A stretch of DNA of 52,527 nucleotides, from assembly GCA_035530115.1 (NCBI GenBank), contig DATKVL010000107.1, positions 1 through 52,527 on the forward strand, written 5' to 3'. This document shows, piece by piece, positions 8,166-17,481 of this stretch. Within the stretch, counting starts at the first letter, position 1; every line of letters begins with the position of its first letter. The DNA comes from Dehalococcoidia bacterium. GTDB taxonomy: Bacteria > Chloroflexota > Dehalococcoidia > GIF9 > AB-539-J10. Both the position numbers and the translations under genes were made by a program. Under the pieces are notes generated by a model. The model saw nothing but the letters and a program-made list of their open reading frames with translations, was not told where the DNA came from and ran no database searches.

Positions 8166-8276
8166 GTAGGTACAGGTTGAAGGATTCTCCCCACTCAACC
8201 CATTCATAGATCTTTAAACCATATCCTGACTTCACAAACCATTTTACCGAGAACTGTGAGGACTAAAAGGAACAAA

Positions 8277-8402
8277 ATGGGCAACCTAACCCAGCGTATG
8301 GATGTCCTTGATCTCCTCATAAACTGCCTAACGGAACACGAGAAAACGATAGACGGCCTCATTGATCGCCTAGAGAAAGTCATCGCTGTGATCGAGAGAT
8401 AG
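8277..8402 (+). CDS. Small coiled-coil hypothetical protein (41 aa)
   Basis: ATG 8277 after aaaagga; MGNLTQRMDVLDLLINCLTEHEKTIDGLIDRLEKVIAVIER. Weak; preferred over the antisense track ORF 8204..8425. Confidence 0.3.
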   Translation: MGNLTQRMDVLDLLINCLTEHEKTIDGLIDRLEKVIAVIER

Positions 8403-8424
8403 GCGATGCGCTGAAACCACAACA

Positions 8425-8437
8425 CCTTATTTATATG
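8425..8437 (+). promoter_or_regulatory. TATA box (ccttatttatatg) about 30 nt upstream of ATG 8461; leaderless-type promoter
   Basis: Same CTTAT(A/T)TATA core as the boxes at 13082, 40075, 41439 and 50373, at a similar distance from a start codon. Confidence 0.55.
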
Positions 8438-8460
8438 CTGATGATAACTAATTCAATATA

Positions 8461-8781
8461 ATGAATACACATATCACCCTAATCCTGCTAACCGTCCTCG
8501 GTGCCCTTTTCGTGGCCGTCCTTGGCTGGATAGAATCTGGAGAACCCTTCGACTTCAGGAAATTCGCGGCTAGTATAGGAAGAGCAATACTAGGCGGTTT
8601 CCTTGCAGCTTTAATATTCCGAGACATTGAAAACCCAGACATCTGGATATACCTCGTAGCCCTTTTAACAGGAGCAGGCGTAGATGTCGCAGGCCACCGC
8701 CTCAGTGGGGCCATCAACCAACTCACAAATAATGAAGACTACGGCTACGGTCCCGTTATAATCCGCGATGTCAACGAATAA
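8461..8781 (+). CDS. Integral membrane protein (about 3 TM; holin-like size)
   Basis: ITLILLTVLGALFVAVLGWI, AILGGFLAALIF and IWIYLVALLTGAGV hydrophobic segments; a diverged 3' fragment of a paralog lies at 48188..48250. Confidence 0.7.
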   Translation: MNTHITLILLTVLGALFVAVLGWIESGEPFDFRKFAASIGRAILGGFLAALIFRDIENPDIWIYLVALLTGAGVDVAGHRLSGAINQLTNNEDYGYGPVIIRDVNE

Positions 8782-8832
8782 GTTTAGCCGCCTCCGACAC
8801 CGCGCGAGTGTGGCTCCTAGAGTTGAGTATCA

Positions 8833-9090
8833 ATGCCTCATAAAAGAAGTCGAGACGCCCATATACGGCGAACCGCAGCACGCATCGTCAGCACCCACTC
8901 CCACCGCGACTACGAGAAAGCGGAGGCTATTAACGTCCTCACGCCGGGACAAGTACTCTTCCATCTCATAGAGAAACTGCCCCGACAAAGGATCAACGAT
9001 CTCCTCAAGCATAAAGACATGTTCACGAAAGGCGAGATCCTATCCGATGCGCGCGGCCGGGGATCGCAACAGGCCGTCCCAACCGAGTAA
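8833..9090 (+). CDS. Hypothetical protein
   Basis: ORF track 85 aa; G/C-rich third positions consistent with coding in this GC-rich block; preferred over overlapping 8768..8971. Confidence 0.45.
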   Translation: MPHKRSRDAHIRRTAARIVSTHSHRDYEKAEAINVLTPGQVLFHLIEKLPRQRINDLLKHKDMFTKGEILSDARGRGSQQAVPTE

Positions 9091-9116
9091 CCTGTAGAAC
9101 GGAGAAATGATCGGAA

Positions 9117-9638
9117 ATGACCGACTCTGACCAAAAAGAGACACGGATAACTGCGAAGAAACGAGTCCGAATAGAGAAAGAGTTCGAGGCCATGGGCAGA
9201 GGCATCTGGACCTACGCCGACATAGCGGCAGAGATCGGCGTATCAGAGGTCACTGTCAGGAGAGACATGAAGCACCCCTACGCCTTCAAGTACGTCGAGA
9301 AACTTCAAGAGAGAAGAGGATCTCTCGTAGACCAACTCATAAAAAGACAGATTAATCAAATAGAGAGCGGGGGCGTAACCCCCCACCTCCAGTTGCTCTA
9401 TAGAGGGAAGATGATCGATGGTCTTCTACCCAAGAACGTCATCCAGAAAGTTAGTGGGGAACTTCAACAAAAGATAGAGGTGGAGGGGGTTGAACTCAAA
9501 GGACTTGACGAAGACGCAGTCGGAGCAATCGTTCAGAACTTCATGGACGACGAGGCGAGAAGACTACGTCAACCAGAGCCAGATGCTATACCGGGCGCTA
9601 AAGAACGCCCTGAAGATGGAGTGGATCCCACGGGATAA
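9117..9638 (+). CDS. terS: Terminase small subunit (HTH)
   Basis: Position immediately upstream of and overlapping TerL; YADIAAEIGVSEVTVRRDMK helix-turn-helix. Confidence 0.6.
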   Translation: MTDSDQKETRITAKKRVRIEKEFEAMGRGIWTYADIAAEIGVSEVTVRRDMKHPYAFKYVEKLQERRGSLVDQLIKRQINQIESGGVTPHLQLLYRGKMIDGLLPKNVIQKVSGELQQKIEVEGVELKGLDEDAVGAIVQNFMDDEARRLRQPEPDAIPGAKERPEDGVDPTG

Positions 9639-10911
9639 AGGCAAGAGGCCGTCCGCCAAACAACTGCAGTTCCTTCTGTTGCCTGACTTCGAGGCCTTCT
9701 ACGGAGGCGCAGCTGGCGGCGGCAAATCGGATGCCCTCCTGATGGGTGCCGTCATGTTCTGCCACATACCCAGCTACGCCGCCATCCTATTTAGGAAGAC
9801 CCTGCGGGACCACCAGCTCCCTGAGGGGTTGATTCCACGGGCTCATGAATGGTGGGCGAATAAGGCGAAGTGGAGGGGAGACACCAATACCTACACCTTC
9901 CCCTCAAGCGCCACAGTCACATTCGGCTACATGGATTCACCCCTAGACCACCTCCGATACCAGAGTAGCGCCTACCAGTACGTAGCGTTCGATGAGGTGC
10001 CTCAGCACCGTGAGTTTCAGGTCCGGTACCTGTTCAGCCGGATCAGGCGAACAGAGAAGCTGAAGGACTACAACGTCCCCCTAAGGATGAGGAACGCTGG
10101 CAACCCTGACGGCCCTTACGTGCAATGGGTGAAACGACGCTACGTCGACTACAAGACCGCAGTCGCCCCCTTCATACCCGCGAAGATAGAGGATAATCCC
10201 GGACTCGACAAGGAGACCTATATTAAAAGCCTCATGTACCTCGAACCCGTCACCCGGGCCCGCCTAATGGACGGCAACTGGGACATAAAGGACGTAGGAA
10301 GAATGTTCAGAAGAAGCTGGTTCACAATCCAACTATCCATTCCCTCCGGCTGCCGAGCAATCAGATACTGGGATAAAGCCGCCTCAGAGGAGAGACCGGG
10401 CACGGATCCCTCCTACACCGCCGGTGTCCTCATGGCTATGGACGACGAAGGACGCTTCTACATCCTCGACATCCGGCACACCCGAGGCACACCCAAGACT
10501 ATCGAGGATCTCATAAAGCAGACAGCCGCCCTCGACAGAATGCGGGTTGAAAACGGCGAACTCAGCAGCATCCGAATATACCTGGAGCAGGAGCCCGGCA
10601 GCAGCGGTGTCGATGTCATCGACCACTACACCCGCAAAGTCCTAGTGGGACACGCCTTCTACCCGGACAAGGTGACGGGCTCCAAAGCCGACAGAGCCAC
10701 GCCCCTAAGCAGCACAGCCCAAGCCGGTAACGTCTACCTCGTCCCCGGGATGTGGGATGTAGAAGGCTACCTAGACGAGATGGAGTCATTCCCCGAGGCG
10801 GAGCACAAGGACAGGGCCGACGCCAGCAGCGGGGCTCACAGGATGCTCGCTAAGGGCCGCCGACCGATAGGGGGTTACAGCGTCTACCGTCCCAAGGAGA
10901 TAATGAGATGA
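9583..10911 (+). CDS. terL: Terminase large subunit
   Basis: Walker A YGGAAGGGKSDAL, Walker B-like YVAFDE, C-terminal nuclease-like region. Start uncertain: ATG 9583 or 9616, or TTG 9490 (track) after gaggtggaggggg. Confidence 0.88.
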   Translation: MLYRALKNALKMEWIPRDKGKRPSAKQLQFLLLPDFEAFYGGAAGGGKSDALLMGAVMFCHIPSYAAILFRKTLRDHQLPEGLIPRAHEWWANKAKWRGDTNTYTFPSSATVTFGYMDSPLDHLRYQSSAYQYVAFDEVPQHREFQVRYLFSRIRRTEKLKDYNVPLRMRNAGNPDGPYVQWVKRRYVDYKTAVAPFIPAKIEDNPGLDKETYIKSLMYLEPVTRARLMDGNWDIKDVGRMFRRSWFTIQLSIPSGCRAIRYWDKAASEERPGTDPSYTAGVLMAMDDEGRFYILDIRHTRGTPKTIEDLIKQTAALDRMRVENGELSSIRIYLEQEPGSSGVDVIDHYTRKVLVGHAFYPDKVTGSKADRATPLSSTAQAGNVYLVPGMWDVEGYLDEMESFPEAEHKDRADASSGAHRMLAKGRRPIGGYSVYRPKEIMR

Positions 10912-11087
10912 GCTTCACATTCATAAGTTGCCCTAAATGCGGGGAGGTCATCCACCTTGAACGCATCGGCTCCGCCGGCGTGCCCATGGTCAAGGATAGC
11001 AAGCTCATCAAATGCCTCGCCTGCGGCAAGGTCTTCCGCACCGCCGGGAACACGTGGAAGGAAGAGCACGGACACCTAGAGGATTAG
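10908..11087 (+). CDS. Small Zn-ribbon protein (59 aa)
   Basis: ATGA overlap with terL stop; MSFTFISCPKCGEVIHLERIG...IKCLACGKVF. Confidence 0.5.
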   Translation: MSFTFISCPKCGEVIHLERIGSAGVPMVKDSKLIKCLACGKVFRTAGNTWKEEHGHLED

Positions 11088-11089
11088 AA

Positions 11090-11254
11090 TTGCAGTTCTG
11101 TAAATGCGGGTCCATTATATCCATCGAAGCCTGCCCATCCTGCCCGCCCCAGATATGGACGTGTCCCCAATGCGGAGAGCAGACGCTGGTCGAAGCCGCC
11201 CCCGAGGATCAGTACGCGGACGTGATTAGAAGGTTCAAGGAGAGACAAAGATGA
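11090..11254 (+). CDS. Small Zn-ribbon protein (54 aa)
   Basis: TTG 11090 after gagga; LQFCKCGSIISIEACPSCPPQIWTCPQCGE; the track ORF 11012..11254 start overlaps the previous gene. Confidence 0.5.
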   Translation: MQFCKCGSIISIEACPSCPPQIWTCPQCGEQTLVEAAPEDQYADVIRRFKERQR

Positions 11255-12567
11255 GTAATCCCAACAGGTTCGCCAAGTTCCTGGAAGACGTCTCCACCAG
11301 AGTCATGGGGACACGCCCACCTTACCAGCCCGCCGCCGCGTCGAGACGGATCGAAGGCGAGCGGACGGACTCCTTCTACCTTAATGAACGGGCGAGGTTC
11401 AGGGAGCAGAAGACATCCGATAAGAAAACCAAAGTCACAGGGATCGAAAGCTTCTACACTTGGTATGAGACAGACGGCGTCGTCTTCGCATCCGTCAACG
11501 GATTATCTGAGGCCGCCGTCGGCCAAGGTTATCACACCGCCATCAAGGAGGACGAACCTAAGCAGGCTAAGGAGCTCGTCGACGAGTTCGGCAAGGCCAT
11601 GAACCTCGACGTCCTGCTGCCTAACATCTGCAAGAACATGCTCATCGCCGGGTTCTGCCCCGTCGAGACGAAGATCAACAAAATACCGTCCAAATCCGCC
11701 CTCAAGATCATCCACCCGAAGACCGTCAAGGAAATAGTCCTAAACCAGGACGGCTCGGTAAAGCACCTAATCCAGAAGGCGCAGAACACCGGCGGCGCAG
11801 ACGTCACGATACTCGGAAACACCCTCACCCTCTTCATCCACAACCAGATCGCCAACGACCCCACAGGCACCAGCATCGTAAAACCCGTCGAGTCCCTCCT
11901 CGCCACGAAGAAGACAGCCATATCCAACATCGACAAGATCATAGAGAAACGGATGTTCCCCGACATCATCTGGAAAACCACCCGAGACCCCGCCGGCCTC
12001 AAAGAACTGCTCTCCCAGAAAGAAGTCGACGAAGACCTAGTCCTCGGCTGGCTAGAGGAAGGCGAACTGGCGAACGTCGCCCAGATCATCGAGGTCCGCG
12101 GCAGCACCCGATACGAAGGCTACATTGAACACGTAGACCGCCTCATCTACAAGGGACTCTACGCGCCCGACCTCTACTATTGGAAGGACGCCACCCTCGC
12201 CAGCGCCCGCGAACTCACGGCCATGGTAGACCGCAACATCAACGCCATCCAGCGGAACATGGGCAGAGGCGTGGAAGCAGGGTTCTTCGACCGCCTCATG
12301 GCGGCAAACAAGCTGGAGGCGGAGCCGAAAGCCATCTGGGGCGTTGAGAAGACTGGCGCCGAGGACCTGCAACTTGAGAGCATAGTCGCTACCGCCATAG
12401 AGGTCGGCATGATCGGGCCCAAGCAACTGGCGTTACTTTTGAAGATAATGGGTCTTGACCTCGGCGAGTTGGGTTACGAGGTGCCGCCTGAAGCCCCGGA
12501 GGAAGAGCCCCCAGAGGAGGAGCCTCCTGAAGGGGAGCCTGAAGAAGAACCAGAAGAGGAAAGCTGA
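11251..12567 (+). CDS. Portal protein (putative)
   Basis: 438 aa, directly downstream of the terminase genes, acidic C-terminal tail (EEEPPEEEPPEGEPEEEPEEES); call based on position and size. Confidence 0.65.
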   Translation: MSNPNRFAKFLEDVSTRVMGTRPPYQPAAASRRIEGERTDSFYLNERARFREQKTSDKKTKVTGIESFYTWYETDGVVFASVNGLSEAAVGQGYHTAIKEDEPKQAKELVDEFGKAMNLDVLLPNICKNMLIAGFCPVETKINKIPSKSALKIIHPKTVKEIVLNQDGSVKHLIQKAQNTGGADVTILGNTLTLFIHNQIANDPTGTSIVKPVESLLATKKTAISNIDKIIEKRMFPDIIWKTTRDPAGLKELLSQKEVDEDLVLGWLEEGELANVAQIIEVRGSTRYEGYIEHVDRLIYKGLYAPDLYYWKDATLASARELTAMVDRNINAIQRNMGRGVEAGFFDRLMAANKLEAEPKAIWGVEKTGAEDLQLESIVATAIEVGMIGPKQLALLLKIMGLDLGELGYEVPPEAPEEEPPEEEPPEGEPEEEPEEES

Positions 12568-12574
12568 TTGAATA

Positions 12575-12754
12575 ATGTCTAGATACATCGGTGTCTACAC
12601 TGATCGGGGGATGACAATAGAGCTCCCCGAAATACTCTTAGACGGCAAACTTGTACCGCTCCTCAAACAGGCTGCGACCTACCTCGTCAAGGTAACGGTG
12701 GACACGGACAGCACAGAGGTCGCAATAGTCCTGACATGGTACGAAGTGAGCTAG
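12575..12754 (+). CDS. Small hypothetical protein (59 aa)
   Basis: ATG 12575; MSRYIGVYTDRGMTIELPEILLDGKLVPLLKQ...; abuts the next start. Confidence 0.45.
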   Translation: MSRYIGVYTDRGMTIELPEILLDGKLVPLLKQAATYLVKVTVDTDSTEVAIVLTWYEVS

Positions 12755-13057
12755 TTGAGCCGCCACATTATGATCGGACAGGGAGCCCAGCAACGCGAGA
12801 CCGCCGACCTAACCCGGCGCCTCAAAGGCATCCAGACAAACTACCGGTTCGGCATCATAGACAAGGCAAGGGCCAAGGAGGCGGGCGCCCGAGTCATAGA
12901 AGACCACTACCAGACCCTGCTCAGGCTAACCCGGGGACGCCTCGGCTATTCCTTGGGCCGCCCCGTCACCCTCGCCCCCGAGGATCAGCGCCGCCTAGAC
13001 AGGTGGCGAGACGAAGCCATCAAGGACTGGAACACTATACTGGACGACGTGAAATAA
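12755..13057 (+). CDS. Hypothetical protein
   Basis: ORF track 100 aa (TTG; alternative ATG 12770); the overlapping 12736..13080 frame is Arg/Pro-rich junk. Confidence 0.5.
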   Translation: MSRHIMIGQGAQQRETADLTRRLKGIQTNYRFGIIDKARAKEAGARVIEDHYQTLLRLTRGRLGYSLGRPVTLAPEDQRRLDRWRDEAIKDWNTILDDVK

Positions 13058-13081
13058 CCGAGAAGAAACCCACCAAGTAAA

Positions 13082-13092
13082 CCTTATATAAC
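13082..13092 (+). promoter_or_regulatory. TATA box (ccttatataac) about 27 nt upstream of ATG 13111
   Basis: CTTATATA core; start context ATGGTGAAC resembles the GTGGTGATGAA starts of motif A. Confidence 0.55.
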
Positions 13093-13110
13093 CACGTTGC
13101 ACCCTGTTAT

Positions 13111-13329
13111 ATGGTGAACAGTTTGGGAACAACCAAATATATCAAGGTCTCAGAGGAGACCCACCGAGCTCTGAATGCCCTGAAACGGGGTGGAGAGAGC
13201 AACGACGCAGTGATCCGGCGTCTCATCGTATCCCACGTGAAACCCATCCTCGGCGCACTCACTGAGTGGATGCGGCTCAGTATAGACCCCCTTCTGGCGG
13301 CTGAGGGGTTGAATCAGTCTCCTAATTAA
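13111..13329 (+). CDS. Ribbon-helix-helix / CopG-type antitoxin-like DNA-binding protein
   Basis: KYIKVSEETHRALNALKRGGESNDAVIRRLI matches the archaeal predicted-antitoxin (COG1753-like) RHH pattern. Confidence 0.6.
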   Translation: MVNSLGTTKYIKVSEETHRALNALKRGGESNDAVIRRLIVSHVKPILGALTEWMRLSIDPLLAAEGLNQSPN

Positions 13330-13339
13330 ACAGTGAAAG

Positions 13340-13660
13340 GTGAAGATGATGAAGGCTAAAGGAAGATATACTCCTTGGGTTGGAAGCAACATCTTTATTT
13401 CGAAAGAGGAACTTGAAAAATCCGCAAGAACATTGATAGGTAAACCCGTGAAAGCCAACTTTAAAGAAATAGTTGGAATCATAATTGATGCGGAATATAG
13501 GGATGGAGGCATAGACTACGAAATGGAACTTAATGATCCACGCACAGAATACATGTATCGAGAACGACTTGAAGATAATATCTTTGAAGTTGTTTTTACA
13601 GGCCTCAGTCTTAATGAAGATAAGAGTTTATCCGAAACTAAGATAGGTGAAGATAAGTGA
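13340..13660 (+). CDS. Hypothetical protein; short AT-rich paralog of the N-terminal domain of the 15479..17470 protein
   Basis: SKEELEKSARTLIGKPVKANF versus SDLEEIERSARTLTWRPLNLNHD in the 15479 ORF. Confidence 0.5.
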   Translation: MKMMKAKGRYTPWVGSNIFISKEELEKSARTLIGKPVKANFKEIVGIIIDAEYRDGGIDYEMELNDPRTEYMYRERLEDNIFEVVFTGLSLNEDKSLSETKIGEDK

Positions 13661-14037
13661 CTCGTGAAAAGGATACACGGGAAGCCCCTACGACACCAAC
13701 AGCCGAAAATAAACCATCACCACTAGGATCTGACACTTCATACCCATCTATAATAGAGGCTATAGACATCTACATAGCCCTAGAACACGATAAGAACCAA
13801 ATGATAAAGGATGTATTTCCTAGAGCCCGCACCATACAACCAGAATGGAGTGGGGGAAGCTTCTATGATGCATTAAAAATACTTGGAGAAACGGCACCCT
13901 ACGATCTTGCGATGAAAAGCCAAGACGCACTTCTTCAAACAGTGATTGGAATAGAAAGATACTATGATATAGAAGGCCATGATAACACCGTTGACATTTT
14001 GAATCTAACTAAGCGAATATTACTTTATCATAGTTAA
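13657..14037 (+). CDS. Hypothetical protein
   Basis: ORF track 126 aa (GTG start, overlap with previous stop). Confidence 0.5.
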   Translation: MTREKDTREAPTTPTAENKPSPLGSDTSYPSIIEAIDIYIALEHDKNQMIKDVFPRARTIQPEWSGGSFYDALKILGETAPYDLAMKSQDALLQTVIGIERYYDIEGHDNTVDILNLTKRILLYHS

Positions 14038-14063
14038 CCCACCAAAGAGGTGGAGAAGCATTA

Positions 14064-14405
14064 ATGACCCTATCCCATCTTCACGAATATAATCCGAGGA
14101 CTAGCGACTATTGGCGTTCACCCATCGGGATAGCCCACCGCATAGAGATGCTCAGCCAGAGCTTCACATACCAGATAGTCAACAACAGCCTTATGTTCTA
14201 CGGCTACAGCGCCGGCATAACAAGAGTACGCTGGGCCACAAACCCCGGCGCCTCAAAAACAGGACCATGCGATTACTGTGACTCGCAGAACGGACGCATC
14301 TACCGGAAGGGGCAATTCCTACCGCCCTTGCCAGCTCATAATAAGTGTGTGTGCGGCTGGGAACTCATGTTCGATCCGAAGGAGATACCGAGCTACATAG
14401 TATAA
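14064..14405 (+). CDS. Minor head protein, Mu F / SPP1 gp7-like domain
   Basis: GPCDYCDSQNGRIYRKGQFLPPLPAHNKCVCGWE fits the C-x2-C...G...P-x-H-x-x-C-x-C signature of Phage_Mu_F. Confidence 0.7.
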   Translation: MTLSHLHEYNPRTSDYWRSPIGIAHRIEMLSQSFTYQIVNNSLMFYGYSAGITRVRWATNPGASKTGPCDYCDSQNGRIYRKGQFLPPLPAHNKCVCGWELMFDPKEIPSYIV

Positions 14406-14496
14406 AACTCTATAAACCCCTGGGTCCCCTAAGTGAATGTAGCAGGTACGCCGTCGCCAGTTTTAGTTTTGAGCCTGTAGAGGATAGAAGATATAG

Positions 14497-14730
14497 GTGA
14501 AAACGTTGAATAACGAAGAAGTGTTGAAGATGATCAACAGGCGGATAGACGACCTCTCCAAGTCATACAACGTCCTCAACGATAGCCACCAGAGACTGGA
14601 AAACGGCTTCATCGAGATGAAGACGGAGTGGAGGACCACGAAGAGCTGGGTCAAATTCATATTCGGCACAAGCCTGCTAGGCGCCCTCATAAGCCTGCTG
14701 ACCGTCCTAAGAACGTTCGGGGTGATCTAA
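14497..14730 (+). CDS. Coiled-coil protein with C-terminal TM anchor
   Basis: ORF track 77 aa (GTG); WVKFIFGTSLLGALISLLTVL hydrophobic tail. Confidence 0.55.
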   Translation: MKTLNNEEVLKMINRRIDDLSKSYNVLNDSHQRLENGFIEMKTEWRTTKSWVKFIFGTSLLGALISLLTVLRTFGVI

Positions 14731-15215
14731 TGGTCGACTGCGAGTTCCTCTATCATGAGGTTAAGAAGACCTGCACTAACTGTAGGGGCTGGTTCTGCCT
14801 CTCCCGGGGAAGCCGGAAAAAGCTCCTAGATACGGCGATGTGCACGGACGAGGAGGCGTGGATTGAATGCCCTCGCTACCTTGAAGTCCACCCGGAACTA
14901 GAGCCAGAGGTAGAAGTCATAGAACTGCCGCCCACCGAGGAAGTCATCACCATCACCGGGGTCGACGTGGAAACCATCAGAGTCGTCGTTGAACCCGAGC
15001 CCATAGAAGCACGAGTGCCGACTTCAGTCCCGTCGAGTGACTGCCCCTACCTGGGGCCCATCCCAGAGGGCGAACACGGGTGCTGTGACTACTGGTGTTA
15101 CGCTAAGGACGAGCGGCTTCGAAGCGTTAAAAGCTGTAAGAGCAGGCCGTCGTGGCGAGAGTGTATGCGGCGGCTTAAAGCCGAGAAGGCGGGTGTGAAG
15201 TATGCCTTGGGATGA
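14730..15215 (+). CDS. Cys-rich hypothetical protein
   Basis: ATG 14730 (TAATG overlap) with perfect ggtgatc SD just upstream; MVDCEFLYHEVKKTCTNCRGWFC... Confidence 0.55.
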   Translation: MVDCEFLYHEVKKTCTNCRGWFCLSRGSRKKLLDTAMCTDEEAWIECPRYLEVHPELEPEVEVIELPPTEEVITITGVDVETIRVVVEPEPIEARVPTSVPSSDCPYLGPIPEGEHGCCDYWCYAKDERLRSVKSCKSRPSWRECMRRLKAEKAGVKYALG

Positions 15216-15498
15216 GACGGATGACTACATTCGAAGCGGCCACGGCTCCACGGACTGTGACCGAATGAGAACCAAGACACTGAGCGCCGCCCAAGGTATC
15301 AAGGCCATAATCTGCTTCAAAGGGGACAAGTCCTCAATCCAGAGCTACCTATTCGCAAAGGATAAGGGGTGGACCATGTCGAAGGCGAAGACGTGGTTTA
15401 AAGCCCACAGCGAAAACGTGGAAGAGCAGATCAAATGGATGGATCTGAAAAGCGAGCCGAGACAAAAGGAGGTCTTCATTGGATTCCATACACGTTGA
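15202..15498 (+). CDS. Hypothetical protein
   Basis: ORF track 98 aa. Confidence 0.5.
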   Translation: MPWDETDDYIRSGHGSTDCDRMRTKTLSAAQGIKAIICFKGDKSSIQSYLFAKDKGWTMSKAKTWFKAHSENVEEQIKWMDLKSEPRQKEVFIGFHTR

Positions 15499-17470
15499 CT
15501 TCAAGCGCATCCTAACCGACTTCCTCAGCCTCTTCGGAGAAGCTGGCCGCCGCAAGTACGATGACTTCATAAAACAGTACAGCCTCGATGCGACAAAGTC
15601 CTACGCCTCTCAACTCACCCGAGAATGCCTAAACGGAATATGCGAATCTTTCCAATGGGCGACGCCCCTCATACAATACCTGAAGAAGGACGAGGAAGCC
15701 AAATACTACAAAGTACGAGCCCTCACCGCCACCCTCAGCATGAACGCCAACGACTACAGCGACCTAGAGGAGATCGAACGCAGCGCCCGCACCCTCACAT
15801 GGCGGCCACTCAACCTGAACCACGACCCCCGCCAGATGCTTCCCTTCCCCCAGAACCGCGTCGACTGGGCGGAGTACGAGGACCTAGCCGTCGAAGCCAT
15901 CATACGCATCGACAACGAGCAGGCTGACATCCAGGACAAACTAGACAACGGGGACATAGTCAACCCCAGCATAGAGGGCGAGCCTCGGGGCGGCTACCGC
16001 ACAGAGGACGGACGCAATGTACCGAAGTGGTATAACTTTACCTGTCTCGCCCTCCTAGAGAAAAACGCATCCCTTCCAGGGGTCCCGACGACCATCGGCT
16101 TCGAGCCGCTGTTCCTAAATGAGGCCCTCGGACATAGCCTTGTAGAGAGCCTGAGTATGGAGCAAGAAAAAGAGAAAAACACAATGTCTAACCAAGAAGA
16201 GGTTGAACTCGAAGAGGCGACCGAATACATACTCGCCGAGGCACGGTGGACTAGAGCCTACATCAACGATCTGCCAGACGGCAGCTTCGCCGTAGTCGAG
16301 CCGTGCGCCGACACTCGCAAGGACGCCCGGCACCTGCCTTACAAAGACGCCGCCGGAAAAATAGATCTCCCGCACCTGCGTAACGCCCTGGCCCGTATGG
16401 ACCAGATCATAAGCGTCTGCAACGGAAGCGATGAGGCTCTGCGCCGGAAGGCACGGGCTGAACTGATCCCGCTCGCTAAGAGGCTTCTGCCTAACAGCAA
16501 GTGGGCTCAGGAGAAGACCGTCCAGGAGGCGCTAGCCGAGAAAGGCATACAGGGCATGGACGTCTGCGGCCAATGCAAGTTCTTCACGGACTTGGAGAAC
16601 GTGACCACGGAAGCCCCGGCAGCCCCGGGGAGCGACGCGATCGTGACGCACACCGCCGGAGCCATCGGCCCCGGCATCGGAAACTGCAGCGTCGCCAGAA
16701 GACGCGTAAGGAAGGCCGACTCCGTCTGCACTGACGGGCGGCCTCGAGATCAGCCTACGAACCTGGATAGGACGATTGAAACCATGACCGAGATTAACCT
16801 GAAATCCGAGATAGCGGATCTGAAGAACACCGTCTTACAGGAACGGCAAGCCACCAACGAGGAGCGTCAGAAGAACATCAAAACGCTTCAAGAGATGGTC
16901 GAGAAAGACAACAAGATCGCCAGCCTAACCAAAGACAAGAGCCAGAACACATCCGAGATCAAGCGCCTTAAGGAGGAGCGGCTCCGACTCAGAGAGGAAG
17001 GTGACCGCCAGAAAGAGGATAATACCCGACTGGAGGTCCAGGTAGGGTCTACCGAAAAGGATCTCTCCTTCTACAAGGACGAAAATAAGAGGATCAACGA
17101 ATCCATCGAGGCGACTCGACATACCATCGCAGAGACCAAGGAAGCCCTCACAAAGGCATTGACCAAGACTAACGACGAATCAACGAAACGCGCACAAGCC
17201 GTGCAACAGGCGATCAACGCCGAAACCGACAAGGCACGCGCGATAGAGGAACTCGCCATATCGACCGCCGAGGTCGCCGCCAGGACAAGGGAACTCAGCG
17301 ACTTCGCGATGCGGCTTAACGAGTACGCAAAGAAACAGATCACCGATGGAAAAACCATAGACGAACTGCGGAAGAAACACGGCGACCTAGTCGAGGAATA
17401 CCGGAAACTCAAACAAGACTACAACACATTGAAGGACCGGAAGAAGATCCGGGTCAACGTGAGGACATGA
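15479..17470 (+). CDS. Putative scaffolding protein with an N-terminal globular (protease/DUF2213-like?) domain
   Basis: 663 aa upstream of the MCP; C-terminal ~230 aa is an uninterrupted charged coiled coil (EINLKSEIADLKNTVLQERQ...KLKQDYNTLKDRKK) typical of scaffolds; N-terminal function not established. Confidence 0.5.
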   Translation: MDSIHVDFKRILTDFLSLFGEAGRRKYDDFIKQYSLDATKSYASQLTRECLNGICESFQWATPLIQYLKKDEEAKYYKVRALTATLSMNANDYSDLEEIERSARTLTWRPLNLNHDPRQMLPFPQNRVDWAEYEDLAVEAIIRIDNEQADIQDKLDNGDIVNPSIEGEPRGGYRTEDGRNVPKWYNFTCLALLEKNASLPGVPTTIGFEPLFLNEALGHSLVESLSMEQEKEKNTMSNQEEVELEEATEYILAEARWTRAYINDLPDGSFAVVEPCADTRKDARHLPYKDAAGKIDLPHLRNALARMDQIISVCNGSDEALRRKARAELIPLAKRLLPNSKWAQEKTVQEALAEKGIQGMDVCGQCKFFTDLENVTTEAPAAPGSDAIVTHTAGAIGPGIGNCSVARRRVRKADSVCTDGRPRDQPTNLDRTIETMTEINLKSEIADLKNTVLQERQATNEERQKNIKTLQEMVEKDNKIASLTKDKSQNTSEIKRLKEERLRLREEGDRQKEDNTRLEVQVGSTEKDLSFYKDENKRINESIEATRHTIAETKEALTKALTKTNDESTKRAQAVQQAINAETDKARAIEELAISTAEVAARTRELSDFAMRLNEYAKKQITDGKTIDELRKKHGDLVEEYRKLKQDYNTLKDRKKIRVNVRT

Positions 17471-17481
17471 GGTGATGAGAA

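Noticed and set aside
8204-8425. 73-aa minus-strand ORF in the 8166..8460 gap
   Set aside because: The translation is Arg/Ser-rich with no motif and no upstream TATA or SD on the minus strand. A short + strand coiled-coil ORF (8277..8402) fits the unidirectional gene layout better, though it too is weak.
8768-8971. ORF 8768..8971 overlapping 8833..9090
   Set aside because: Its product is Ser/Thr/Arg/Pro-rich and overlaps the end of the membrane-protein gene. The 8833 frame has G/C-rich third positions and a more protein-like sequence.
11532-12107. 191-aa minus-strand ORF (and others: 12052..12426, 38962..39483, 39515..40069, 42850..43422, 30858..31274, 31991..32371)
   Set aside because: All lie fully antisense to well-supported + strand genes (portal, RBP, TMP and others). 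They have Ser/Arg/Pro-rich low-complexity translations typical of shadow ORFs in GC-rich DNA, and they lack SD or TATA context. No minus-strand gene is needed to fill any gap.
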